A stretch of DNA of 41,343 nucleotides from a virus. The position numbers and the translations under genes are program-made. The stretch is from the IMG/VR virus record IMGVR_UViG_3300050030_000016; one strand, given 5' to 3'. Under the pieces are notes generated by a model that was not told where the DNA came from, made no database searches, and worked only from the letters and a program-made list of their open reading frames with translations. Shown piece after piece: positions 8,337-18,097 of the stretch; within the stretch, counting starts at the first letter, position 1, and every line of letters starts with the position of its first letter.

Positions 8337-9605
8337 ATGGCTAATTCAGCAGATACATTTACAGTGTTGGCCGGGAACTTCAAAGAAGTTTACGGCGACC
8401 TGCATAACGTTATTCCAGATACAGCAAAACTCATGAAGATGATCCCTTATAAGTCTAAGGCGAAAATCGGTAATGAATACGTCGAAGCTGTGAAACTCAC
8501 CCATGAACATGGCGTGACGTATTCCCAGTCAGACAACAACGCTGGTGCGCTCGTGACCTTGACGACCCCGGTGCCCCTTACGCTCCTCGATGCGAAAGTT
8601 ACCAGCTCGGCGATGTTGCTTCGCGCCCAGATTGGTTACGACGCATTCGCTCGTGCGGAAGGCGGAGACAAAGTGGCATTCAAAGATGCGTCCGAGCTCG
8701 TTGTCGAAGACTTGCTCGAATCAATCACGAAGCGCCTCGAAATCTCCTTGCTCTATGGATCGTCCCCGACCGGAGTTGGCGGCATTCCGTTGAATGGCGT
8801 TACCTCTAGCTCCACGAACTTCGTCATCGTCTTGGATGCGAGCCAGTGGGCGACCGGCGTTTGGGTTGGATCAGAAAATGCTCATATTGACGTGTACCAC
8901 GGCAGCACGAAAATGGACCCGACGGCTGATATGATTATCACCGCTATTGATGTTGATAATTATACGATCACCGGAACCATGAGCGGCACCGACTCTGCTG
9001 CCCTCGATACGTACTCTGCCTCGAACGCGGATTTGTTCATCGTGTTCTCTGGTAGCTTCGGCAATGAAATGATCGGTCTTGACGCGGCTTGTCTCTCCGC
9101 CTCGACCCTTTGGAACATTGCTAATACGTATGCACTGTGGAAAGCGAATACCTACAGTTCGGCCTCGGCCAATCTGACAATGGGTAAGTTGCAATCTGCG
9201 ATTCAGAAAGCCGTGCAGAAGGGCCTCGATGGTGATGTCAATGTCATCGTGAACCCGGCTACATGGGCGACATTGAACACCGACATCGCTGCACTTCGTC
9301 GATTCGTCGAAGATTCGACAGAGGGCGAGTTGGGCGTTGAATCCATCAAGTACCTCTACAGCGGGGGCAAGATGGACATTGTGTCGTACAACCTCATCAA
9401 AGAAGGCGAATGTTTCATCCTCCCCAAGAAAGGCGTGAACCGGATCGGCGCGGCTGATATCGGCTTCAAGCTCCCTGGCGGAGATAACGGCTTCCTTCAC
9501 GTGCCGGATCGGATGGGCTATGAGTTCAGACTGTTTAGCTCTCAGGCATTTTTTACGCCTTTTGTGGCTAAATTGGTCAAGGTCACGGGGATAGTCAATA
9601 GCTGA
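8337..9605 (+). CDS. major capsid protein
   Basis: 422 aa with a strong SD (TAGGAGA). It follows the scaffold and is followed, after an HNH insert, by a strong hairpin terminator. Size is like P22-class coat proteins. No motif-level proof. Confidence 0.75.
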   Translation: MANSADTFTVLAGNFKEVYGDLHNVIPDTAKLMKMIPYKSKAKIGNEYVEAVKLTHEHGVTYSQSDNNAGALVTLTTPVPLTLLDAKVTSSAMLLRAQIGYDAFARAEGGDKVAFKDASELVVEDLLESITKRLEISLLYGSSPTGVGGIPLNGVTSSSTNFVIVLDASQWATGVWVGSENAHIDVYHGSTKMDPTADMIITAIDVDNYTITGTMSGTDSAALDTYSASNADLFIVFSGSFGNEMIGLDAACLSASTLWNIANTYALWKANTYSSASANLTMGKLQSAIQKAVQKGLDGDVNVIVNPATWATLNTDIAALRRFVEDSTEGELGVESIKYLYSGGKMDIVSYNLIKEGECFILPKKGVNRIGAADIGFKLPGGDNGFLHVPDRMGYEFRLFSSQAFFTPFVAKLVKVTGIVNS

Positions 9606-9976
9606 TGGTAACGCGGCAACGCATTTGGCAGAGACGGTATGAGGCCAAGTATCCAGAGAGATACAAGGCCAAAATGAAAGCCAATAACGAGGCCCGTAAA
9701 CTCAGCGGAAGTTTAAAACGGTGGAGACTTAAAAAAGTATACGGCATAACCCCAGAGCAATGGGACGCGATATTCTTGAAGCAGGGAAAGAAATGCGCCA
9801 TTTGCGATAGAACCGAAGTAACGGGGAATCGTAGGTGGCATGTAGATCACGACCATGCAACAGGAAAGATTCGCGGAATTCTCTGTGATATCTGTAACCG
9901 AATAGTACTTCCCGTACTAGAAAGCTACAGGCCGTTGATTTCGAGAGCCCATCGCTATCTCGTAGAGAATTCCTAG
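9605..9976 (+). CDS. HNH endonuclease, recombination endonuclease VII family
   Basis: CAICDRTEVTGNRRWHVDHDHATGKIRGILCDICN is the Endo VII-type H-N-H / zinc motif. The start overlaps the capsid stop (TGATG). Confidence 0.85.
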   Translation: MVTRQRIWQRRYEAKYPERYKAKMKANNEARKLSGSLKRWRLKKVYGITPEQWDAIFLKQGKKCAICDRTEVTGNRRWHVDHDHATGKIRGILCDICNRIVLPVLESYRPLISRAHRYLVENS

Positions 9977-9982
9977 GCTAAA

Positions 9983-10014
9983 CCCTGCCCCCGGATCGAT
10001 TAACCGGGGGCGGG
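9983..10014 (+). terminator. hairpin terminator after capsid/HNH
   Basis: CCC-T-GCCCCCGG, loop atcgattaa, CCGGGGGC-GGG. That is an 8-bp GC stem plus 3 bp past a bulge, followed by a T-containing tract (agtgtagtttagtt). Confidence 0.6.
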
Positions 10015-10059
10015 AGTGTAGTTTAGTTGGGTCTCACAAAAGAACTAAAGGAGTCACAC

Positions 10060-10590
10060 ATGGCAAGCAAGATCAGGTTGGACATTAGCGTACCAGTTTC
10101 AGCGGCGACGGTTAACGGGTGGCTTCGGTTAGTCCCCGGGCTTCGTCCCGAATCAATTCAGCGTATTGGTTCGTACATCCATGGCATTTCCTGCGTGATG
10201 TCCGGCCGAATTGCTGTTTCAACAGCGGCGGTTGCGGCTTCTGCTACAGCGACGTTCTCTACGGTTGTGGCTACTAACTCGGTTACAATTGGTGGCGTTA
10301 CCTTTACCGGAAATGATGCCCCTTCAACGGGCGTTCAGTTCCTTACGGGTACCACGGATACGTTATCGGCAGTTAGCTTAGCGGCTAAAGTTAATGCGAA
10401 TACGACCACGAATAAGTTGGTCATCGCGACTTCCTCAGGCGCGGTTGTGACGTTTACGGCCCTCTCCGGTGGCCCCCAGGGCAACTTCATTACCCTCACG
10501 GCATCCGGTGTTCCCATCGCTGTTACGGGTAGTGGCTTTCTCGCCGGCGGGTCGGCGGATGAACCTGTTACTGTGTACAACGGGTACTAA
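10060..10590 (+). CDS. hypothetical virion protein (Ala/Thr/Ser/Gly/Val-rich)
   Basis: ATG 10060 is preferred over track TTG 10027 because of the SD AAAGGAG 7 nt upstream. 176 aa. No motif. Confidence 0.65.
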   Translation: MASKIRLDISVPVSAATVNGWLRLVPGLRPESIQRIGSYIHGISCVMSGRIAVSTAAVAASATATFSTVVATNSVTIGGVTFTGNDAPSTGVQFLTGTTDTLSAVSLAAKVNANTTTNKLVIATSSGAVVTFTALSGGPQGNFITLTASGVPIAVTGSGFLAGGSADEPVTVYNGY

Positions 10591-10654
10591 AGATCAACAG
10601 GTTCCGGGGGGTCACCCTGTATTTCAAAACCCTCCACGATTTTTAGGAGATTAA

Positions 10655-12274
10655 ATGCCAATTCCACAGACCTTCCACGGAACGGTGTACCAGATACCCG
10701 TACAGGGAGACTTGCACTGGGCACCGCCCTTAACTCGGTACCTTGTTGCCCTGGGAACGTATGCCATGACCTCTACGGGCGGTACGTTTACGCTCACAGG
10801 GGACCTTAATCTTGGTAATGCGTTCGGTGTGTTTGCAAAGTATTTCACAAGCGGATCGGCACTCCCATCCACAACCGGGAGCATTCGCCTAGCTAATCTG
10901 GACACAATAGACTGGCGCAACTTCGCTAATAGCGGAAATCTTCCGTTAGCGGTAAACAGTTCCGATCAACTTACTTTCAATGGTTCCCCGATTCAGCCCC
11001 TTCTATCCTTGACGGACGGACAGATATGGATAGGGGATTCTACTAATACGCCCATAGGGAGAACCCTTACGGGGGATGTCACAGTAAACGACACGGGTGT
11101 CACGGCTATCGGTGCTTTGAAGGTTACGAACGCGATGATTTCGAATAGCGCGGCCATAGCGTACAGTAAATTAGCCCTTACAGGCTCTATCGTCAATGCA
11201 GATATATATAGTTCGGCGGCTATTGCATACTCAAAACTGTCACTTTCCGCCAGTATCGTAAACGCAGATATCGCTACGGCAGCCGCTATCGCTTATTCTA
11301 AACTTGCCGCCCTTACGGCCAGTAAGGTTCTAGTGTCTGACGGCTCGGGGGTTGTTTCGGCTTCCGCCGTCACTACTACCACCCTTGGCTATTTAGATGC
11401 TACCAGTTCGATCCAGTCACAGATCAACGGTAAGGAAGCGTCCTTCTCGGGACTAACGACCGACGGGGTTATCTACGCGACAAGCGCCACGGCGGAGGCG
11501 TCAACAGCCGCCGGGACGACCGGACAATTTCTACAGGCTAATACGGGATCGGCTCCCACTTGGGGTACTCCTAGCGGGTCGGGTGTAGTCAGCAGTGGCA
11601 CCCAGTATCAATTGGCATATTATGCCGCCACGGGCACGACGGTTAGCGGCCTAACCCTAATTACAGCGAATAGAGCCCTCGAAAGCGATGCCAACGGCCT
11701 CCCCGTTGCCAGTGCGGTTACTAATACTACCCTGGCCTTCTTAGACGCTACCTCTAGTGTTCAAACCCAATTGAACGCAAAGCAAGCGACCCTTACGGCG
11801 GGTCAGTTGCCCGGTACTGCGACAAACGACAATGCCTCGGCGGGGAATGTTGGGGAATACATAGAGAGTTTAAAAACAACTTCCACAACAGGCTCGACTA
11901 CTCTAGGAACCTATACGGATGCTGGGGTCAGCATCGCTTTAACGGCTGGCGATTGGTCTATATTTTTCTCTGCCGAATTAGAAGTAAGCGGAGCTATTGG
12001 GACAACTACTAACGGGGCGCTTAGTTTTTTAACTTTAACCGACAATGCCAATACGATTATTACCGAAATCTTCGGCGGATTTGCAAATACAGTAGATCCT
12101 ATTACTGAAACTTGGTTATCTTCTCAAAAAAGAGTTTCTATCGCTGGAGCGACAACCTACAAACTTCGTTTTACGGCGAAGGACAACGGGGGCGGAAGTT
12201 TAACTATCGGTGGTCTTAATATAAACGCCAGTAGTACTACCCCGATTACGCTTTATGCTCGAAGGATGAGATAA
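10655..12274 (+). CDS. tail fibre protein 1
   Basis: 539 aa. Three AAIAYSKL(A/S)L..SIVNADI repeats. Two SAVT.TTL.(Y/F)LDATSS.Q.Q.N.K units, typical of phage fibre shafts. The N-terminal ~170 aa are paralogous to 12423..13595. Confidence 0.75.
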   Translation: MPIPQTFHGTVYQIPVQGDLHWAPPLTRYLVALGTYAMTSTGGTFTLTGDLNLGNAFGVFAKYFTSGSALPSTTGSIRLANLDTIDWRNFANSGNLPLAVNSSDQLTFNGSPIQPLLSLTDGQIWIGDSTNTPIGRTLTGDVTVNDTGVTAIGALKVTNAMISNSAAIAYSKLALTGSIVNADIYSSAAIAYSKLSLSASIVNADIATAAAIAYSKLAALTASKVLVSDGSGVVSASAVTTTTLGYLDATSSIQSQINGKEASFSGLTTDGVIYATSATAEASTAAGTTGQFLQANTGSAPTWGTPSGSGVVSSGTQYQLAYYAATGTTVSGLTLITANRALESDANGLPVASAVTNTTLAFLDATSSVQTQLNAKQATLTAGQLPGTATNDNASAGNVGEYIESLKTTSTTGSTTLGTYTDAGVSIALTAGDWSIFFSAELEVSGAIGTTTNGALSFLTLTDNANTIITEIFGGFANTVDPITETWLSSQKRVSIAGATTYKLRFTAKDNGGGSLTIGGLNINASSTTPITLYARRMR

Positions 12275-12426
12275 TGAACTATTATACAGACGACGGATGC
12301 TCTTACGAAGGGATGGACCAAGATACAGTCACCAGGATTAGAGCCGAATTGATACCAGCACGTATGACGACCTATATTACAAAAGACGAGTATGACGCTT
12401 TAGTAGCACAACAGGTGAAACCATGA
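12274..12426 (+). CDS. small protein between the fibre genes (50 aa, not in ORF track)
   Basis: MNYYTDDGCSYEGMDQDTVTRIRAELIPARMTTYITKDEYDALVAQQVKP. Coupled at both ends (TAATG at 12272-12276, ATGA at 12423-12426). Confidence 0.55.
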   Translation: MNYYTDDGCSYEGMDQDTVTRIRAELIPARMTTYITKDEYDALVAQQVKP

Positions 12427-13595
12427 GCGTTCCCTTAACAGTTGGCGGCGTAACCTTCCCATATCCTCAGCAGTTCGAGCATAACTGGGGGCCCACCCTT
12501 ACGGGTTGGTCTACTGCCGTTACAAACGCCCTCCACGCGCTTCCGACTACGGGGGTTCTAACCCTGTCCCCCTCCCCGACCGCGACCATCAATTTTGCCA
12601 ACGCCACTAATACGGGATTTCTGGCCCTAACCATCAACGGGTCGAATCAGTTAACCTTCAATGGTACGCCCATCGGGGCATCGACAACATTGACCGATAG
12701 TCATATCTTCGTTGGGAACATCTCAAACCAGCCCGCAGATGTCGCTATGACGGGGGATGTCACTATCTCCGATACTGGTGTTACCACGTTAGGGGCCTTG
12801 AAAGTTGTCAACTCACAGATTGCGGCTGCCGCAGCTATAGCGTTTACAAAATTAGCCTCTACAAGCCCCTATTTCTGGTATGTCGCCAATTCTGCGGGGG
12901 TATTATCCCCGATAGGGGTTACAGCCTCAAAAGTAGTTATTACTGATGCCAATGGGCTTCCTAGCGCGTCTGCGGTCACTCCTACGGAGCTTTCCTACGT
13001 GTCTGGCGTCACTTCCTCTATTCAGACCCAGCTGGGCACATTTTTACCATTGTCCGGCGGGACATTGTCCGGCGGTCTCAATATGGCGAGTAATAAAATT
13101 ACTTCCCTCGCCGCAGGGACGGGTTCCGGGGACGCGGTAGCCTTTCAGCAATTTGCACCCATTACAAATATTGTTTTTAATAGCACGAGTACCCTAACCG
13201 TCCTTACCGCTAGTTTTGCGGACGTTACAAATTTAACTGTTACGATCACCCCTAAATCGGCGACGAGTAAGGTTTTAGTTAGGTTTTGTATCCAGACCAA
13301 TATCACGACTACCAACGGGAACCGACAGGCGATCTCAATGAACCTGTACGGTAACAGTAGCCTAATCGCTCACTACGGAGAAGTGGTGCAGATCGGTGGC
13401 CCCTCCGTAAACGGAGACACTTACACAAGTACCGTTACTCTAGAACAGGTGGATACTCCGGGCAGCACGTCCGCCAGAGTGTATAAAGTACAGGCTGGGT
13501 TGGCTAGAAATACATCCAACGGAACAGGAGCAATTAACGATAACACTGACGACACGCCGCTATCTACAGTTTCGGCGTGGGAAATACCACAATAA
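12423..13595 (+). CDS. tail fibre protein 2
   Basis: 390 aa. QLTFNGTPIG..LTDSHIFVGN...MTGDVTISDTGVTTLGALKV.N..IAAAAAIAFTKLA parallels fibre 1. There is one SAVTPTELSYVSGVTSSIQTQL unit, and the C-terminal domain differs. Confidence 0.75.
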   Translation: MSVPLTVGGVTFPYPQQFEHNWGPTLTGWSTAVTNALHALPTTGVLTLSPSPTATINFANATNTGFLALTINGSNQLTFNGTPIGASTTLTDSHIFVGNISNQPADVAMTGDVTISDTGVTTLGALKVVNSQIAAAAAIAFTKLASTSPYFWYVANSAGVLSPIGVTASKVVITDANGLPSASAVTPTELSYVSGVTSSIQTQLGTFLPLSGGTLSGGLNMASNKITSLAAGTGSGDAVAFQQFAPITNIVFNSTSTLTVLTASFADVTNLTVTITPKSATSKVLVRFCIQTNITTTNGNRQAISMNLYGNSSLIAHYGEVVQIGGPSVNGDTYTSTVTLEQVDTPGSTSARVYKVQAGLARNTSNGTGAINDNTDDTPLSTVSAWEIPQ

Positions 13596-13606
13596 GGAGA
13601 AATGAA

Positions 13607-13834
13607 ATGGACGATATGCGAAATATGCTCTTGACCGAGCTGATCGACAAGATGCACAGCCGCTTAGCCGACAAGATGTTTCCGCCCGATCCGTCGAAAG
13701 ACGATCAACCGGCTGCTACGGGTATTCCCGAGAGCGAAGCCGAGGAAGCGGAAGAGAAGATTGATGTTGATAAAGATTCCGTTGAAATGGAACCCTCCGA
13801 CGAAGAGCTTGATGAGATGCTTTCACAGAAATAA
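13607..13834 (+). CDS. small highly acidic protein
   Basis: ATG 13607 with SD AAGGAGA is preferred over track start 13577. 75 aa. The C-terminal half is dominated by Asp/Glu (SEAEEAEEKIDVDKDSVEMEPSDEELDEM). Confidence 0.6.
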   Translation: MDDMRNMLLTELIDKMHSRLADKMFPPDPSKDDQPAATGIPESEAEEAEEKIDVDKDSVEMEPSDEELDEMLSQK

Positions 13835-14253
13835 TGGATACTCCCCTTCTCGTAAGACTTTGCCCTAAAGGCCACGACAGGACGGTAGAGAGAAATGCGT
13901 ATAACCAATGTCGCGCGTGTCAACGGGAGTATAAGAGAACGGCTATGGCGAAATTAAAAACGAAATCCCGTTATGAAGGCGATAAGATTAAATGGAAAAG
14001 ATACTCAGCTAATTACTCGCTAAAACAAAAATACGGCATTACGTTAGAAGAAAAAGAAAGGATGGTCGCCGACCAGGGGAATCGATGTGCCATTTGTACA
14101 GAGGTTATGATAATTCCCCACGTTGACCATTGTCATATTACCGGAAAGGTTAGAAAGCTGTTGTGCTCTAGTTGCAATATGGCGCTAGGATTTTTAAAAG
14201 ACAATATTATGATACTAGAAAAGGCTATCAAATATTTGCAGGAGACAGCATGA
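13834..14253 (+). CDS. HNH endonuclease, recombination endonuclease VII family (second copy)
   Basis: CAICTEVMIIPHVDHCHITGKVRKLLCSSCNMALGFLKDN, plus an N-terminal CPKGH...CRAC zinc motif. TAATG overlap upstream and ATGA overlap downstream. Confidence 0.85.
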   Translation: MDTPLLVRLCPKGHDRTVERNAYNQCRACQREYKRTAMAKLKTKSRYEGDKIKWKRYSANYSLKQKYGITLEEKERMVADQGNRCAICTEVMIIPHVDHCHITGKVRKLLCSSCNMALGFLKDNIMILEKAIKYLQETA

Positions 14254-15203
14254 TTGACTACACAGTCGACGGTATCATAGCATCTATCAAGCGCCGGATC
14301 ACACTACCGGATGCCCAAAATCTGTATACGCCTGACGACCTGATTGCGTTCATGGGGGATGAGCTGTCTAGTACCATTGTCCCCCTGGTTCACTCCGTCC
14401 AACAGGAATATTGGGTTGTCCGACAAGATGTTAGGCTGGTAGCTAACCAGTTGAATTACACGATCCCCGTTAGAGGTGTAGCTAACGGTCTACGGCTATT
14501 GACTCTTGTGGACGATAACGGAAACGAGATTAACTTTAATCTGTTACGCCCTGAGAATACTGCTAGTACGTACAACTGGTTATCGCCCTATTCGACATCT
14601 ACATTGTATGGTTTCAATATGGAGGACGATCATATAGTAATGTTTCCGAAGTCCTTTGTTACTAACCCAACGATGTCCTTACGCTTCCGTTTCGAGCGGC
14701 AGCCCTCGCAACTGTGTGCTACAACGGATGCCGCCCAAATCACGAATATTGCGGGCAACGTCGTAACGGTGAATAGTATCTCCTTATCGTGGGCAACCAC
14801 GATGCTTGTGGACTTAATCAAAGGGGGACCGGCGTTTGTTTCCAAGGGTGACGATCTAGTTATCACTAATCTTAACATTGGTACCTCCGAGATTACCTTT
14901 GCCGCCCTCCCAGCCATAGCGGCCATCGGCGACTGGATTGCTCTGGCGGGTACGTCTCCCATACCCCAGCTCCCATACCAGATGTTCCCCTACTTGGCCC
15001 AGTGTGTCGCTACGAAATGCTTGGAAGGAATGGCTGATCTAGAGCCCCATGCAGTTGCGATGCGGAAACAAGATCAAATGAAAGAAGACTTGCTCAAGCT
15101 CATGCAACCGAGAGATATGGGAAACGTGCAAACAATTGTTAACCGTGGTGGACTCTTCGATTCGGGTCAACTCTGGGGCTGGTCGGGTGGGAGTTATTAT
15201 TAA
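14250..15203 (+). CDS. virion protein, candidate adaptor / tail tubular protein A analogue
   Basis: ATG 14250 with SD AGGAGA is preferred over track start 14172. 317 aa. It lies immediately upstream of, and is coupled to, the 827-aa nozzle-like gene. The call rests on position only. Confidence 0.45.
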   Translation: MIDYTVDGIIASIKRRITLPDAQNLYTPDDLIAFMGDELSSTIVPLVHSVQQEYWVVRQDVRLVANQLNYTIPVRGVANGLRLLTLVDDNGNEINFNLLRPENTASTYNWLSPYSTSTLYGFNMEDDHIVMFPKSFVTNPTMSLRFRFERQPSQLCATTDAAQITNIAGNVVTVNSISLSWATTMLVDLIKGGPAFVSKGDDLVITNLNIGTSEITFAALPAIAAIGDWIALAGTSPIPQLPYQMFPYLAQCVATKCLEGMADLEPHAVAMRKQDQMKEDLLKLMQPRDMGNVQTIVNRGGLFDSGQLWGWSGGSYY

Positions 15204-17686
15204 TGCAAAGCCTACTGTTAAAAGCTAAAGGCATCTACAGCTTTCCAAACCCGCTGGGATCAGTCCCAGAGGGAGCGTTGTCGCTTGCCCAAAATGCTGT
15301 AATTGACCGGGACGATACGATTGAAACCCGGAGGGGAAATAAGCAATACGGGATTACTTTAACCGCCCCCTTTCAGGCGATGTACAACTTCAATACTACC
15401 CTTATGGGGTGGGATGGTACAAACTTCTGGTATGACTCAGACGCGGCTGGTACGTGGGTTATGCTAACCGGGAATTACGCGGCCCCTACTTCTACCTATA
15501 GGATCAAAGGGGTAGAAGCATCTAGCAATTTATATTTCTCTACCTCGACCGGGGTTATAGGTTTGACTGCTCCAAATAGTACCCTATACCCCTCTGGCGT
15601 CCCTTTCCCTTTGGATAGTTCGGCTACGCTGAATGCCGTAAGCGGGGCCTTCTTCACTGTGGCCCAAACGGTAGGATATCGTATGACGTTGGGCTACACG
15701 GATACCAATAACAATCTCCATATCTCTGCCCCCGCTCAGCGGCTCGTCATTTCGAACCCCGCAGCCGGGGCAGCTTCAACCGTAACGGTTAAATGGTACA
15801 TCCCACCGACAGCGGTTGTTGGATGGTTCTATCAGCTTTATAGGACGAAGCTATCAGCGTTTGTAAGCGGAGTCGCGATTGACCCAGGGGACGAGTGTTA
15901 TCTCGTCGTACAGAAAACCCTATCCTCTACAGATATATCAAACGGATATATTACCTATACCGATCAGACCCCCGATGTGCTATTAGGTCAGACCCTGTAT
16001 ACGAACCCGTCGCAACAGACAATCGCGGGAGCGAACTATCAGCCCCCTTTGGCGAAGGACATGGTTTTCTACAAGGGAAACTTGCTTTACGCCAATACGG
16101 TAACCAGGCAACAGGCCGTCATCAATATGATCGCTGTCCCGGCCAATGGCGATACGATCACGATTGGCGGAGTAGTTTATACAGCGCAAGCAACCGAGAC
16201 GGCGGCCTCGGGTATCTTCAAGGCGTTTACCGGCGGAACCGTAGGACAGAACATCGATGACACAGCCCGCTCTTTGGTCCACGTTATAAACTCGTACACA
16301 GCGAATACCGTCTATTGGGCGATCTACACCAGCGGCTATACGTCTCTCCCTGGGCAGATCACATTACAGGAACGGGGCATAGGTGGAGTCGCATTTGCTA
16401 TTACGAGTTCAGCGGGTACAGTGTACTCCCCACAGATCCCATCTACGGGTATTACGTATTCTTCAACGAACAATATCAATAAGCATTACATTTACGTGTC
16501 CAAGGTGCAAATACCCGAAGCCGTCCCAGTGGGCAATTATATCCCAGTGGGAACCTCCGATAAAGCGATCCTCCGTGTCCTAGCCCTCCGCGACTCAATA
16601 TTTGTGTTCAAAGAGGACGGGATCTACCGCATCCTAGGCACGGATATAACGAATTTCTCAGTATCTCTGTTCGATAGCACGGTTATCTTGACGGCGCTAG
16701 ATTCTGCCGTCTTGCTCAATAATCAAATCTGGGCCATGACGAACCAAGGCGTCGTAGCGGTGTCCGACAGTGGCGCCGTTATTATGTCACGAGCTATAGA
16801 GAAGGATCTTATAACTCTTTCCTCGGCACAGTTTACTCATTTTGCCTCGGCTACTTTTGGTATCCGGTACGAGAGCGACCGTCATTTCGCATTGGCTTGC
16901 CCAACGAATTCTACAGACACTAAGCCAACGCAGATATGGGTTTACAACTTCCTCACTCAAGCCTGGACAAACTGGCCGATCACGGTTACGGCGGGTATTG
17001 TGTCTTTGCAACCGGATGATAAACTGTATCTCATGCGACCGGACGTTAGCCTAGTCACCCAGGAAAGAAAGAGCTGGACTATATTTGACTACGCGGATTT
17101 TGAATTCCCTCTTACCATTGTTAGTAGCTTAGCAAAATCAATTACCGTAACCTCATCGGTCAATGCAGTTGTTGGAAGCACGGTGTATCAAGTTGATATA
17201 ACCGGTAGCTTTGTTGGCAAGTCGATCATTCTCGACGTACCAGATAGCACCCATATTACCGTTACAGAAACGGTTGCCTGGGTCGCTGGGGCGGCTACAC
17301 TCTACAATCCCATATCCGTGGGAGTCCAATACACCCCCATTGGGGGGAACTTTGCTTGGATTAAGCATTTCCAAGACTTCGAGGCCTTCTTTCGTGAGGC
17401 GACCTTCGTTAATCTTACGTTCGGGTTTTCATCTGACTTTGCATCGACGGAAGAGACGACCGTTATAAATCCTATTAACGGATTGGGTTTTGGGGAGGTT
17501 CCGTTCGGACAGGAGCCATTCGGCGGGACTGGCACCATTCCCCAGGTCGCTAGGACTCTCGTCCCGCGTAACCTTGCCCGCTGTCATTGGCTCACACCCT
17601 CCATCGTGCATAACGAGGCCATATCTAACTTTGCCTTGACGGGTATCAACTTCTTCTACGTGTATGTGTCTTCGAGGGTCAAGTAA
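15203..17686 (+). CDS. large tail protein, candidate tail tubular protein B / nozzle analogue
   Basis: 827 aa, coupled to its neighbours (TAATG at both ends). Size and position resemble T7 gp12-class proteins. Weak N-terminal resemblance (KAKGIYSFPNP...). No firm motif. Confidence 0.5.
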   Translation: MQSLLLKAKGIYSFPNPLGSVPEGALSLAQNAVIDRDDTIETRRGNKQYGITLTAPFQAMYNFNTTLMGWDGTNFWYDSDAAGTWVMLTGNYAAPTSTYRIKGVEASSNLYFSTSTGVIGLTAPNSTLYPSGVPFPLDSSATLNAVSGAFFTVAQTVGYRMTLGYTDTNNNLHISAPAQRLVISNPAAGAASTVTVKWYIPPTAVVGWFYQLYRTKLSAFVSGVAIDPGDECYLVVQKTLSSTDISNGYITYTDQTPDVLLGQTLYTNPSQQTIAGANYQPPLAKDMVFYKGNLLYANTVTRQQAVINMIAVPANGDTITIGGVVYTAQATETAASGIFKAFTGGTVGQNIDDTARSLVHVINSYTANTVYWAIYTSGYTSLPGQITLQERGIGGVAFAITSSAGTVYSPQIPSTGITYSSTNNINKHYIYVSKVQIPEAVPVGNYIPVGTSDKAILRVLALRDSIFVFKEDGIYRILGTDITNFSVSLFDSTVILTALDSAVLLNNQIWAMTNQGVVAVSDSGAVIMSRAIEKDLITLSSAQFTHFASATFGIRYESDRHFALACPTNSTDTKPTQIWVYNFLTQAWTNWPITVTAGIVSLQPDDKLYLMRPDVSLVTQERKSWTIFDYADFEFPLTIVSSLAKSITVTSSVNAVVGSTVYQVDITGSFVGKSIILDVPDSTHITVTETVAWVAGAATLYNPISVGVQYTPIGGNFAWIKHFQDFEAFFREATFVNLTFGFSSDFASTEETTVINPINGLGFGEVPFGQEPFGGTGTIPQVARTLVPRNLARCHWLTPSIVHNEAISNFALTGINFFYVYVSSRVK

Positions 17687-18096
17687 TGTATCAGCCCCTA
17701 TTCACGCGGGTACTGAAAGAGGACTTAGGTAAGGATGCCCCGAAATGGGCAGACAAACTTACCTACCAGTTAAACCTGATTACTGACTATCTAAAGACGG
17801 CGTTCGCGAAGGGTATCACGTTCAAAGATAACATAATGAACCCTACCAAGGTGCTCACAATTAAGTCAACGGGGGTACCGGCAACCGATACGGTAGCTTT
17901 TCTTGTGGCCCTCCCATCGGGCTATCAGCCGCTTGGCGTTCAGATCCTAAACTGTATTGATCTATCCGGGGTTGTTGTAGGCGCTCCGGTTGCTTGCGAG
18001 ATGTTACCAGGTACACAAAATGGGGATGTTGTTGTACGAGCTATCTATGGCCTGACAGCGGGTCACTCGTACTCAATAACGTTTATGGTATATTAA
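17686..18096 (+). CDS. hypothetical virion protein
   Basis: 136 aa, translationally coupled, in the structural operon. Confidence 0.6.
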   Translation: MYQPLFTRVLKEDLGKDAPKWADKLTYQLNLITDYLKTAFAKGITFKDNIMNPTKVLTIKSTGVPATDTVAFLVALPSGYQPLGVQILNCIDLSGVVVGAPVACEMLPGTQNGDVVVRAIYGLTAGHSYSITFMVY

Positions 18097-18097
18097 T

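Noticed and set aside
8871-9500. 209-aa antisense ORF inside the major capsid gene
   Set aside because: It is fully embedded antisense in the best-supported gene of the window, with no start context. It is an open frame produced by codon bias.
10655-13595. Diversity-generating retroelement targeting the fibre C-termini
   Set aside because: No reverse transcriptase ORF and no template-repeat copy of the fibre 3' ends were found in the genome.
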